Shown here one piece after another: positions 35,342-44,363 of a stretch of DNA of 64,000 nt (its first letter is position 1; every line of letters starts with the position of its first letter). The position numbers and the translations under genes were made by a program. Source of the stretch: Clostridia bacterium (GTDB lineage Bacteria > Bacillota > Clostridia > Christensenellales > UBA1242); assembly GCA_045650505.1 (NCBI GenBank), contig JAZRRE010000030.1, positions 6,966 to 70,965 of the forward strand. The letters are read 5' to 3'. The notes beneath the pieces were generated by a model that worked only from the letters and a program-made list of their open reading frames with translations, did not search any database and was not told where the DNA came from.

Positions 35342-36289
35342 CTACATATCTTTCAAAATTTCTTCACGCTTTTTGTCATACTCTTCTTGAGAGATTAAGT
35401 TTTTATCAAGCATATTTTTAAGTGATTCAAGTTTTTCTTCTGGCTTTTGAATAACTTGAACTTCAACCTCTTGATTTTCTTCAACTTTTTTCTCTGCTTT
35501 ATCACCAAGCATTTCTTTTACAGTCCTTTGCTTTTCAGCTTTTCTTGTTCCATCAATGTTATAGTTATCATGAGCAGCCATAATAAGTCGTTTTGCTTCT
35601 TGTTTTTTCATAATTGCACTTGAAATTGCCATGTAAAGAATTGAAATAACAAACATAACAACCATAAACTTATTGCCAAGAATTTTTGCTTTTTCTGATA
35701 AGTCCACACCCTTGTTTGTTATTGACAAACAACCCAAGAAGAATGTGGTGTAAAAATCAAAAAATAAATTACTTAAATAAGTGATTGCTTGAAACACAAT
35801 CATTTTCTTTTTGTAACGAATGATTGTTTCAGCAACAAGTGAAGCCATTAAAAATTGCAATGAAATGATAAGTGTTATTTTCACAAAGTTAAGAGGAGTA
35901 ACCAAACTCTTAAGTTCAAAGCCATCAATTTTTGATTTATTATAAATGCCAATAAACATATAAACACAAATGAGCCACAAAATTGCACAAGCAAGTATTA
36001 ACGCCATAAACACAAATGCCACTTTTTTGCTTTCACCATTTCCAAGTCTTCTAACCCAAGGAAGAAGCAAAAAGCAGGCGATTGAAAGCACCGCAATGGT
36101 TGCAACGATTCCAAAAATAAACGAATTCATTTTAAAAATTTTGAATATTCCCAAAACCAAAATAGCAACCGAAGCAAACACTCCAATTATTGCTACATTC
36201 GAAACAAGTTTATATAAACCGTTTTCATCATCACCATTTTGAATATCTTTTTGTTTCTTTCTATTTAAAAACCTTGTAAGCGCAGTCAT
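35342..36289 (-). CDS. polytopic membrane protein with C-terminal SHOCT-like motif
   Basis: Several TM segments. The C-terminus LISQEEYDKKREEIL matches the SHOCT pattern. Ends in TAG. Confidence 0.55.
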   Translation of the reverse strand: MTALTRFLNRKKQKDIQNGDDENGLYKLVSNVAIIGVFASVAILVLGIFKIFKMNSFIFGIVATIAVLSIACFLLLPWVRRLGNGESKKVAFVFMALILACAILWLICVYMFIGIYNKSKIDGFELKSLVTPLNFVKITLIISLQFLMASLVAETIIRYKKKMIVFQAITYLSNLFFDFYTTFFLGCLSITNKGVDLSEKAKILGNKFMVVMFVISILYMAISSAIMKKQEAKRLIMAAHDNYNIDGTRKAEKQRTVKEMLGDKAEKKVEENQEVEVQVIQKPEEKLESLKNMLDKNLISQEEYDKKREEILKDM

Positions 36290-36364
36290 AATAACCCCTC
36301 CTTCGTTCTTATAAGCTCATTTTAACACTAAATAATACCTATTATCAAACAAATTTAATATTTT

Positions 36365-37318
36365 TTAATATTTTAAAATAAGATTTTTAGCAATCTCAAC
36401 AGCATTATAAGCCGCACCTCTACGAAGATTATCAGCCATCACAAAAAACTCAAGCTCATTTTTATTTTTTTGCCTTAACCTGCAAACATAGGTAAGATTT
36501 GTTTCACGAATTTCTTGAAGATACACCACATCTTCACAAACTACAATATGCTTACAATCTAACACTGAAAGTGCATCAATGATATTCACTTCATTTTTAA
36601 ACTTAACATAAACACTTTCTGCGTGCCCCACCGTTGTTGGAACACGAACAGCAGAAGCAGAAACATCTAGCTTTTTATCTAATATTTTTGAAAGTTCAAA
36701 CATAATCTTATTTTCTTCTAATGAACACCCGTTTTCTTTAATTTCACCAATTTTTGCAATTATTTCATTATTTATGCCATATTTAAAAACATTTTTTGCG
36801 TTTTTTTCTAAATCTAAAATAGCCTTTCTTCCCGCACCACTAACTGACTGATAAGTGCTAACCACCACCTTTTCAACCTCTCCAAGCAAACAAAGTTTTT
36901 GCATAACCACCGCAAGTTGAATTGTTGAACAATTCGGATTTGAAATTAACTTTGTTTGTTTGGTAATTTTATCAAAATTAATTTCAGGAACAACCAATGG
37001 AATAGTTTCTTCACCCCTAAATGCATTTGTATTATCAATCACAACAGCACCCGTTTCTGCAAATCTTTTTGCCCAAATCAAACTCACTTCACTTCCCGCA
37101 GAAAAAAACACTAAATCAAACTTTTGTTTTAATGCAAGCTCATCAAGTTTTAACAGTCTAAAAACTCTGCCATTAAATAAAAATTCTTTACCTGCCGACC
37201 TTGAAGAAACATACAAAGTTATGTCATAACCAAAAAACAAATTTTCTTCATAAAGCACCTTTAAAATGGTATTTCCAACAAGCCCCGTTGCACCAACTAT
37301 TGCTATCTTTTTTTTCAT
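36365..37318 (-). CDS. asd: aspartate-semialdehyde dehydrogenase
   Basis: KIAIVGATGLVG Rossmann motif, NPNCSTI active-site Cys motif, SGAGRKA. Confidence 0.85.
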   Translation of the reverse strand: MKKKIAIVGATGLVGNTILKVLYEENLFFGYDITLYVSSRSAGKEFLFNGRVFRLLKLDELALKQKFDLVFFSAGSEVSLIWAKRFAETGAVVIDNTNAFRGEETIPLVVPEINFDKITKQTKLISNPNCSTIQLAVVMQKLCLLGEVEKVVVSTYQSVSGAGRKAILDLEKNAKNVFKYGINNEIIAKIGEIKENGCSLEENKIMFELSKILDKKLDVSASAVRVPTTVGHAESVYVKFKNEVNIIDALSVLDCKHIVVCEDVVYLQEIRETNLTYVCRLRQKNKNELEFFVMADNLRRGAAYNAVEIAKNLILKY

Positions 37319-37395
37319 TCAAAATCCTCCTATATATTTTATTCAAATGAAAAACAATGTAGCACCTTAAAACTTTGCTTCACATAAAATAAAAT

Positions 37396-38352
37396 ATGAG
37401 AATTTTAAAATTTGGCGGAAAGAGTTTATATTCTCCAGAAAAAACGCAAAATATATGCAAAAATATAAGGAAAATATATAAAAAAGAGAAAAATATTGTT
37501 ATTGTGGTCAGTGCAATAGGAAATTCAACAAACACACTTTTGTCCCTTGCTGAAAAATACGCACCTGGAACACAGCAAAAAAATGAACTTGCAAAATTGA
37601 TTTCAACAGGTGAAATTATTTCAAGTTCACTCTTTTCAATGATGTTAAACAAAATCGGGATTCCTGCAAAAAGTTTCTCTGCTTATGAACTTGAAATTAA
37701 AACTTTTGGAGACCCACTTGATAGCAGAATTGCATACATAAACAAATCAAAACTAAATGAATGTTTAAATTCTGGCACAGTTGCAGTTGTTGCAGGTTTT
37801 CAAGGTGTAAACAATAATAATGAAATCACTACACTTGGACGTGGAGGTTCAGACACCACAGCTGCTGCAATCGGTGCAGTTTTAAACTGCCCTGTTGAAA
37901 TTTATTCTGATTTCAATGGAATATTTTCTGGTGACCCAAGAGTTTTAAATTTTAAAAAAATAAGACAAGTAAACTATAACATTATGCTAAAAATGGCAAA
38001 AGCTGGAGCAAAAGTTTTGCATCACAGAGCAGTTGACCTTGCAAAAAAATATAATACTAAAATAATTTCAAAATCATCAACAGAGTTTAATTTGTGCGGA
38101 ACAGATATTTCTAACATTGAAAGTGATGTTATTGCAATCAGTGAAATTTCACCACTTTCTAAAATCACTATCAATTTTTCAAATCAAAATAAATTAAATT
38201 TTATTATTAAAAGTGTATTATCTTGCATTAATAATGATAAATTTTACAATTTAACCATAAATAATGATGAAATTAGTTTTATAATTGAATCACATAAAAA
38301 GTTAAATGTTATAAACGAAATTTCAAAAAAATTAAATATTTTAACAAAATAA
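37396..38352 (+). CDS. aspartate kinase-like amino-acid kinase (short, 318 aa)
   Basis: ILKFGGKSL start, VVVSAIGNSTNTL, LGRGGSDTTAAAIG. The C-terminal regulatory region is short and divergent. Divergently placed from asd. Confidence 0.65.
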   Translation: MRILKFGGKSLYSPEKTQNICKNIRKIYKKEKNIVIVVSAIGNSTNTLLSLAEKYAPGTQQKNELAKLISTGEIISSSLFSMMLNKIGIPAKSFSAYELEIKTFGDPLDSRIAYINKSKLNECLNSGTVAVVAGFQGVNNNNEITTLGRGGSDTTAAAIGAVLNCPVEIYSDFNGIFSGDPRVLNFKKIRQVNYNIMLKMAKAGAKVLHHRAVDLAKKYNTKIISKSSTEFNLCGTDISNIESDVIAISEISPLSKITINFSNQNKLNFIIKSVLSCINNDKFYNLTINNDEISFIIESHKKLNVINEISKKLNILTK

Positions 38353-38380
38353 AAAACCACCAAAATTGGTGGTTTTTATT
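38350..38380. terminator. bidirectional intrinsic terminator
   Basis: A-run, stem AACCACCA/TGGTGGTT (38355-38374), T-run. Confidence 0.75.
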
Positions 38381-38381
38381 T

Positions 38382-40379
38382 TTACCCAAAAACATTATTT
38401 CGATAAACAAATTCAATTACTTCTTGTTTTTTGAAAAATTCATAAACATAGTTTTTAAACTCATCAAGAGTTGTTTTGGGCTCATCGTTAATTTGAACAA
38501 TATCTATCATATCTTCAGTGTAATAATCTTCATTATATATTCCATGCTTAAATGAAACAAACACACTCTTTTTAATTTCACTTGGTCTAAAAATTGACCT
38601 TCCTTGAACCAGCTCTGTGTTATAACCAAAATCAAACAAATCACAAATAGTTGGAAAAATGTCATAAGTGTTACAATAAATTGATGACTTTCTTGCAGCT
38701 AAATCATCATTATAAATAATCATTGGAATATTGTTAACTTTAATGTTTGTAAAGTCACTTGTATCTGTGCCCCTAATCTCACCATTCAAATCGTTATAGA
38801 AACAATGATGGTCAGAGAACAAAACAAGTGTTGTGTTTTCTAAAATCTTTTGTTCTTCAAGAGTTTTAAAAATCAAAGCAATCATTAAATCAGTATCCAT
38901 AAGAGCTTTCTTATAATTTTTAAGCTCATTTTGAGTTTTCTCATCAGTTGGATAAACCAAACCTTCATCTTTCAAAAACTTTTTATAGTTTTCTAAATTA
39001 TTGTTATAACTATCTTCATATTTATCAAATCTGTCATTTTTTCCATCATAAGGTCCGTGAGTAGAAACAGTTGCATAATAGCTAAAAAATGACTGTCCGG
39101 TTGGAATAAACTTATCAAGCATCGAAGCAATATATTCACTATCAAGAACCCAATCACCAAACTTTTCAGATTTGTTATCCATATTAGAATCTTCAATTCC
39201 GTAAACGTGGTCAAACCCTAATGCTGAATAAACTTCATCACGGTGGTAATATTCTTTTGAAAAAGCGTGGAAATAATTTACACTTTGTGTTCCAGAATTT
39301 TTAAATAAATTTGGCAAGCTATAAGGCATTGTTATGCCTTCTGCTTTATAATATTGTTCATAAGATTTTCTTTCAGTTGTATGACCTGTAAGGCTGATAT
39401 ATTCACTATTGTTGGTGTAATTCAAACCATAGAAAGATTCGAAATTATAACCCCATTTAACACTCTTGTGCGCATTTTCTGAATCTTTTCCATAAGCAAG
39501 CTTATAAAGATTTGGAGTGTTATATGGGTCAATTGAAAACTCATCAAAGCTTTCAAGTAAAATCATTATAAGGTTGTTTCCTTTTGCATAGTCAAAATCA
39601 TCAATATCATCAGTATAAGATTTTTCAAGTTCTGCTTTTTTTACAGCAACCTCTTCGGCTGATGCTTTCTTTGAAGATTCAACAAGGCAAGTTAAATCGT
39701 GAAAATAAAATCCAAAAGTTCCCATTGTTCGAAGTGTCGCATTTTTAAAATAAACACCATTTCCAAAACAATCTCCGCCATCTGCAGCAAACGCATAGGC
39801 ATTTTTCTGTACATTTCTTCTAACCGCTTCACCAATAAACACAAATGACGAACCAACAGCAATAAGAGAAATCACACAACCTAGCCACAAACTAAACCTC
39901 TTTGAAAACTTAAACTCAAAACCATTTTTCAATTTTTTGTTTAAAATCAACATTGTGGTTAAAAATGCTGCAAAAATCAAAACATATAAAAGTATAAGCC
40001 AGAAATTAATCATATCAGGAATAAGACTTGTTGCAGCATTTCCCGCACTTAACATCAAATTCCAATGAAAAACTAATCCTGTGTTTTTAATCAAAGTAAC
40101 ATTCACAAGGTTTATTAAAATTTGAATCCCAACAAGCACCGCTTCAACAATAATTCTTGCCACATTTTTAGGAATCAAAAATAACAATCCACAAACTACA
40201 AACCAAAATGCAAAATCAAAAAGCATATTTTTTGGAAATACACCAAACCCAAGAGAGATAAAATTTATCATTTCTAAAATCAAAGAAACAACGAAATAAC
40301 TTCCAATAAAAATCACGCCTTTAAGCAACGAATCATTTTGAACAAACTTTTTCTTTTTTTGTTTTTTCTTAACTGCCAT
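38382..40379 (-). CDS. ltaS: LTA synthase family protein (5-TM N-domain plus sulfatase-like domain)
   Basis: N-terminal TM bundle. LLESFDEF and STHGPY sulfatase-family motifs. I prefer ATG 40379 (SD GGAGA) over the TTG at 40391. Confidence 0.7.
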   Translation of the reverse strand: MAVKKKQKKKKFVQNDSLLKGVIFIGSYFVVSLILEMINFISLGFGVFPKNMLFDFAFWFVVCGLLFLIPKNVARIIVEAVLVGIQILINLVNVTLIKNTGLVFHWNLMLSAGNAATSLIPDMINFWLILLYVLIFAAFLTTMLILNKKLKNGFEFKFSKRFSLWLGCVISLIAVGSSFVFIGEAVRRNVQKNAYAFAADGGDCFGNGVYFKNATLRTMGTFGFYFHDLTCLVESSKKASAEEVAVKKAELEKSYTDDIDDFDYAKGNNLIMILLESFDEFSIDPYNTPNLYKLAYGKDSENAHKSVKWGYNFESFYGLNYTNNSEYISLTGHTTERKSYEQYYKAEGITMPYSLPNLFKNSGTQSVNYFHAFSKEYYHRDEVYSALGFDHVYGIEDSNMDNKSEKFGDWVLDSEYIASMLDKFIPTGQSFFSYYATVSTHGPYDGKNDRFDKYEDSYNNNLENYKKFLKDEGLVYPTDEKTQNELKNYKKALMDTDLMIALIFKTLEEQKILENTTLVLFSDHHCFYNDLNGEIRGTDTSDFTNIKVNNIPMIIYNDDLAARKSSIYCNTYDIFPTICDLFDFGYNTELVQGRSIFRPSEIKKSVFVSFKHGIYNEDYYTEDMIDIVQINDEPKTTLDEFKNYVYEFFKKQEVIEFVYRNNVFG

Positions 40380-40441
40380 TATAATCTCCAATTACACTTA
40401 TTTTATAATAAGTGAATTTATTTTTCAAGACCTTCACAAAT

Positions 40442-41125
40442 TTAATCAATATAATCTAATATTTTTTCGAAATTTGTTACATCTTTAAGCACACACGCCC
40501 ACTTTTCAGCATCATCTTCGTCAGCGTCAACCGGGTTAACACAAATGGTTTTTGCACCTGCTCTGTAAGCAAACTTATCATTTTCACCATTGCCAACAAA
40601 GCAAATTTCTTCAGGAAGAACCCCAAGTTCTTTTATCACCTTTTCAATAAACTTTGGCTTGCAGTCATAATCAAACTCTGTTGCCACCAAATGCGAAAGC
40701 GTGCCATCTTCATTAAAATGAACTTCATTTGCTGAAATTTCAGTGAAAAGTTCTGCAAGTTTTCCAAGTGTTTTTTGAATTGCATAAACGAAGTTTCCAC
40801 TGAGAACATAAAGTTTAACACCATTTTCGTGAAGTGTTTTAAGAGTTTTTTCAAGACCTTTAATAAGTTTAATGTTTTCAGTCACGCTGTCAAAAATTTC
40901 TTTTGTGAGCCCACCATTTCTAAAATCTTCTTCATTAATTTGAACCCACTGCTTATAATCAATTTTGAAATTAACAAAATCAACATAGTCTTGATAATAA
41001 GCCGAATTTCTGTCAGTTGCATAACCAAGCACACGATAAAGCGATTTAAAAATATTATTATAATCACCAAAAGTGAGTGTGCCGTCATAATCAAAAACAA
41101 CTGCTTTCGTTTTAAAATTTTTCAT
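40442..41125 (-). CDS. HAD-family phosphatase
   Basis: VVFDYDGTL (DxDxT), VLSGN, GNGENDKFA. I prefer ATG 41125 (SD AAGGA) over the track start 41173. Confidence 0.65.
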   Translation of the reverse strand: MKNFKTKAVVFDYDGTLTFGDYNNIFKSLYRVLGYATDRNSAYYQDYVDFVNFKIDYKQWVQINEEDFRNGGLTKEIFDSVTENIKLIKGLEKTLKTLHENGVKLYVLSGNFVYAIQKTLGKLAELFTEISANEVHFNEDGTLSHLVATEFDYDCKPKFIEKVIKELGVLPEEICFVGNGENDKFAYRAGAKTICVNPVDADEDDAEKWACVLKDVTNFEKILDYID

Positions 41126-41231
41126 TTGAATATCCTTGTCTATTAAAATCAAACACATTATAACACAAAACAAACCAAAACCAAAGTTAAAAACAAAAGG
41201 TTCAAAAATTTATCGAAATTGAGTATAATTA

Positions 41232-41260
41232 TTGACAAATAACCAAAAATGTTATATTAT
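41232..41260 (+). promoter_or_regulatory. sigma-A promoter of the tRNA gene
   Basis: TTGACA (41232-41237), 17 nt, TATTAT (41255-41260). Confidence 0.7.
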
Positions 41261-41273
41261 ACTTGTTGTTAAT

Positions 41274-41350
41274 GCACCCGTAGCTCAGCTGGATAGAGTA
41301 CTCGGCTACGAACCGAATGGTCGGGAGTTCGAATCTCTCCGGGTGCACCA
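41274..41350 (+). tRNA. tRNA-Arg (anticodon ACG), CCA encoded
   Basis: 77 nt: GCACCCGTAGCTCAGCTGGATAGAGTACTCGGCTACGAACCGAATGGTCGGGAGTTCGAATCTCTCCGGGTGCACCA. Folds as a cloverleaf and is near-identical to the canonical bacterial tRNA-Arg(ACG). Confidence 0.92.
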
Positions 41351-41358
41351 AACAAATT

Positions 41359-41397
41359 CCGGTTAACACCACATTTTATGGTTTAACCGGATTTTTA
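41359..41397 (+). terminator. intrinsic terminator after the tRNA
   Basis: Stem CCGGTTAA/TTAACCGG (41359-41390) followed by ATTTTTATTT. Confidence 0.7.
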
Positions 41398-41436
41398 TTT
41401 AAATAAATAATTACCCAACAAAAATGGAGTCATATT

Positions 41437-41760
41437 ATGTTTAAAAAGAAAAAGAAAACAGAACAAAGAGAATTAACACCAGAAGAAAAGAAAGCCATTC
41501 AAGAAGCAGAAAAACAGGCTGAAAGAAAACAACTTTTGCTTGCTGTTTTTTCAGGCTCACTAATTTATACTCTTGTAGGCATTCTTCTCTACTTTGAATG
41601 GGGCATATTTGCAACAATTTGTGGAATCGCACTTATCATATATTCAGTTATTCAATTTATCTGGGTTTTTGCACATAAAAACTTATCAAGTTTTGAAAAA
41701 AACTTCTTTGCAATTGTTAACTTTGTTCCATATTGTATATTCTGCTTAACAACTTATTAA
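41437..41760 (+). CDS. small membrane protein
   Basis: 107-aa ORF with SD GGAG, a Lys/Glu-rich N-terminus and 3 hydrophobic segments. Confidence 0.45.
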   Translation: MFKKKKKTEQRELTPEEKKAIQEAEKQAERKQLLLAVFSGSLIYTLVGILLYFEWGIFATICGIALIIYSVIQFIWVFAHKNLSSFEKNFFAIVNFVPYCIFCLTTY

Positions 41761-41793
41761 AAAAAGGAACCGCTAAAATGGTTCCTTTTTTTC
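41761..41793 (+). terminator. intrinsic terminator
   Basis: Stem AGGAACC/GGTTCCT (41765-41786) followed by a T-run. Confidence 0.7.
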
Positions 41794-41846
41794 TTTCAAT
41801 TTATTTTTATTTTTTTGTATTTTATTTTTTTATTTGGGCATTTTTT

Positions 41847-41875
41847 TTGACATTTTTATGCGTTCAAGTTATCAT
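41847..41875 (+). promoter_or_regulatory. sigma-A promoter of glgB with long T-tract UP-like region upstream (41798-41846)
   Basis: TTGACA (41847-41852), 17 nt, TATCAT (41870-41875). Confidence 0.6.
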
Positions 41876-41949
41876 TATAATGTTATAGAATTTGGCAAAA
41901 AATTTTCAACATTTTGCCTTTATTAAAACCGACTTTTTAAGGAGATTTT

Positions 41950-44310
41950 ATGTATCGTATTTTTGATTATAATCCACAATTAAAAGATTTTTGGGGCGAC
42001 ATTGAATATCGTATGCACCTTTATCATCACACAAAGTGGAGACTTCTTCAAGGTGAAAAAACTTTAAACGAGTTTGCAAACGGTCACGATTATTTCGGGT
42101 TTCATCACGAAAATGGCTATTGGGTTTATCGTGAATGGGCACCAAGTGCTTATCAACTTTACCTCACCGGTGACTTTAACAATTGGCATTGGCTTGACCA
42201 CCCTTTAACCAAACTTGAAAATGGAATTTGGGAACTCAAACTTGAAGGTGACAACGCATTATGGGAGGGCTGCCGTGTAAAAACTATTGTTGATGCAAAT
42301 ATGACACGAACAGAACACATTCCACTTTATGCAAAACGAGTTATTCAAGACCCTGCAACTTATGTTTGGTGCGGCGAAATTGTTGATAACAGAAAAACTT
42401 TTGAATGGACTGACCAAAACTTTAAGCCTGAAGATTCGGTTTATATTTACGAAGCCCATGTGGGAATGGCTCAAGAACACGGCCATGTTGGAACATACCG
42501 TGAATTTGCCGACTATACCCTTCCATACATCAAAGATTGTGGCTATAACACCATTCAACTTATGGCAATTATGGAACACCCATATTATGGCAGTTTCGGT
42601 TATCAAGTTTCAAGTTTCTATGCGGCTTCATCTTGGTTTGGAAAGCCTGAAGATTTGAAATATTTGGTAAACAAAGCGCACGAACTTGGTCTTCGAGTTC
42701 TTCTTGATGTTGTTCACTCACACGCTGTTAAAAACACCACTGAAGGAATCAATATGTTCGATGGAACAACCTGGCAATTCTTCCACGATGGCGATAAAGG
42801 CGAACACCCAGCATGGGACACAAAGTGTTTCAACTATGGCAAAGATGAAGTTATTCACTTCCTCTTGTCAAACCTTAAATTTTGGCTCACTGAATATCAT
42901 TTTGATGGTTTCCGTTTTGATGGTGTAACTTCAATGCTTTATCACGACCACGGTCTTGGAGAAGCATTTGACAACAACAAAAAATATTTCTCAACCAACA
43001 CAAACACCGAAGCAATCACTTACCTTCAACTTGCGAACGAACTTATTCGTGAAGTTAAACCAAACGCAATCACAATTAGTGAAGATATGTCTGGAATGCC
43101 GGGAATGTGCCTTCCAATTAACGAAGGTGGCATTGGCTTTAACTATCGCCTTTCAATGGGGCTTCCTGATATGTGGATAAAGACCATTAAAGAGCAAAAA
43201 GATGAATGGTGGAATATTGAAAAAATGTGGGGCGAAATGTGTTTAAGAAGACCAGGAGAAAACTCTGTTGCTTATGTTGAAAGCCACGACCAAGCCCTTG
43301 TTGGTGACAAAACTGTTATCTTCCGTTTGGCAGATGCAGTTATGTATAGCGATATGGATAAAATCTGCCACAACCCTGTTATTGACAGAGCAATTGCGCT
43401 TCATAAAATGATTCGACTTTTCACACTTGCTGGTGGTGGCGAAGCATATCTTAACTTTATGGGCAACGAATTTGGTCACCCTGAATGGATAGACTTCCCT
43501 CGTGAAGGCAATGGTTGGAGTTTCCATTATTGCAGAAGACAATGGAGTCTTCGTTATAATGGATACTTGAAATATGAATGGCTTGGTGAATTTGACCGAG
43601 ATATGATTAAAGTCACCAAAGAACACAATATGTTCAATCAACAAATGGCAGACCTCTTGCTTATGAAAAACCCAGAACAAACCATTGTGTTTTACAGACA
43701 TGGGCTTATCTTTGCATTTAACTTCAGCCCATCAAATTCACTTTCAAATGTGCTTGTTCCTGTGTTTGAAGAAAAAGATTATGAAGTTGCTCTTTGCACT
43801 GATGACTTTAAATATGGCGGAAACGGTCTTGTTCATCACATAACCTATCCATCAAAGAAATTTAATGGTCAAAACTTTATTGAGCTTTATCTTCCAGCAA
43901 GAACAGCAATTGTTTTGAAAGAGGTTAAAAAAGAAGAACCTAAAAAAGTTGAAGAAGTTAAACCTAAAAAAGAAACAAAAACTAAAACTTCAAAAACAAC
44001 TAAATCGAAGGCTGAATCTAAACAGACAAAAACTGCTAAAGAAAAAGCCGAGCCTAAACAATCAAAAACTAAAACTGTTAAAGAAAAGTCTAAAACAAAA
44101 ATAGAAAAAGAAAATGTGGCAAAAGAAACAAAAGTTTCTAACCTCCCAAAAACAAAACTTGCTGAAACAAAAATTGCAAAAACAACAATAACAAAACTGC
44201 TTAAAAAAATTAAATCTAACACTGAAATAAAAAAGACAATAAAATCAAACAAAAGAAAAATCAAAAAAGCAATAAAATCAGTAAAGACTTCAAACAAAAA
44301 ATATAAATAA
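41950..44310 (+). CDS. glgB: 1,4-alpha-glucan branching enzyme (GH13, eukaryote-like subtype) with ~127-aa Lys-rich C-terminal tail
   Basis: GH13 regions VLLDVVHSHA, FDGFRFDGVTSM, ISEDMSG, YVESHDQALVGDK. The tail from aa 660 (43927-44307) is K/T/E-rich low complexity. Confidence 0.85.
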   Translation: MYRIFDYNPQLKDFWGDIEYRMHLYHHTKWRLLQGEKTLNEFANGHDYFGFHHENGYWVYREWAPSAYQLYLTGDFNNWHWLDHPLTKLENGIWELKLEGDNALWEGCRVKTIVDANMTRTEHIPLYAKRVIQDPATYVWCGEIVDNRKTFEWTDQNFKPEDSVYIYEAHVGMAQEHGHVGTYREFADYTLPYIKDCGYNTIQLMAIMEHPYYGSFGYQVSSFYAASSWFGKPEDLKYLVNKAHELGLRVLLDVVHSHAVKNTTEGINMFDGTTWQFFHDGDKGEHPAWDTKCFNYGKDEVIHFLLSNLKFWLTEYHFDGFRFDGVTSMLYHDHGLGEAFDNNKKYFSTNTNTEAITYLQLANELIREVKPNAITISEDMSGMPGMCLPINEGGIGFNYRLSMGLPDMWIKTIKEQKDEWWNIEKMWGEMCLRRPGENSVAYVESHDQALVGDKTVIFRLADAVMYSDMDKICHNPVIDRAIALHKMIRLFTLAGGGEAYLNFMGNEFGHPEWIDFPREGNGWSFHYCRRQWSLRYNGYLKYEWLGEFDRDMIKVTKEHNMFNQQMADLLLMKNPEQTIVFYRHGLIFAFNFSPSNSLSNVLVPVFEEKDYEVALCTDDFKYGGNGLVHHITYPSKKFNGQNFIELYLPARTAIVLKEVKKEEPKKVEEVKPKKETKTKTSKTTKSKAESKQTKTAKEKAEPKQSKTKTVKEKSKTKIEKENVAKETKVSNLPKTKLAETKIAKTTITKLLKKIKSNTEIKKTIKSNKRKIKKAIKSVKTSNKKYK

Positions 44311-44314
44311 GCAA

Positions 44315-44350
44315 CAAAAAAACACTTATCAGTTTGATAAGTGTTTTTCT
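44315..44350. terminator. bidirectional intrinsic terminator (CACTTATC palindrome family)
   Basis: A-run, stem ACACTTATC/GATAAGTGT (44322-44344), T-run. Confidence 0.75.
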
Positions 44351-44363
44351 TTGATTAAATTTA

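Noticed and set aside
37441-37500. A-rich stretch AAAAAACGCAAAATATATGCAAAAATATAAGGAAAATATATAAAAAAGAG resembling the post-stop A-rich box.
   Set aside because: It lies in frame inside the aspartate-kinase-like gene. It encodes a plausible Lys/Asn/Glu-rich linker (EKTQNICKNIRKIYKKEKN) at the position where kinases of this family have a variable helix. The resemblance is probably compositional.
37380-37652. 90-aa minus-strand ORF overlapping the start of the aspartate-kinase-like gene.
   Set aside because: It overlaps a motif-supported gene on the opposite strand, has phenylalanine- and isoleucine-rich junk composition, and has no SD.
41798-41846. T-rich arrays that look like a novel repeat. 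AATTTATTTTTATTTTTTTGTATTTT... at 41798 resembles AATTTTATTTTTATTTTTTTTCGTATTTT at 52742. Also three exact 10-bp phased units, TTCGTATTTT / TTCGACATTT / TTCGACACTT, at 52761-52790.
   Set aside because: Both arrays lie immediately upstream of the -35 box of a strong consensus promoter (glgB at 41847; the lipoprotein promoter at 52729 on the minus strand). They are most simply explained as phased A/T-tract UP elements or curved DNA. They may be related to the A-rich box family reported in findings.
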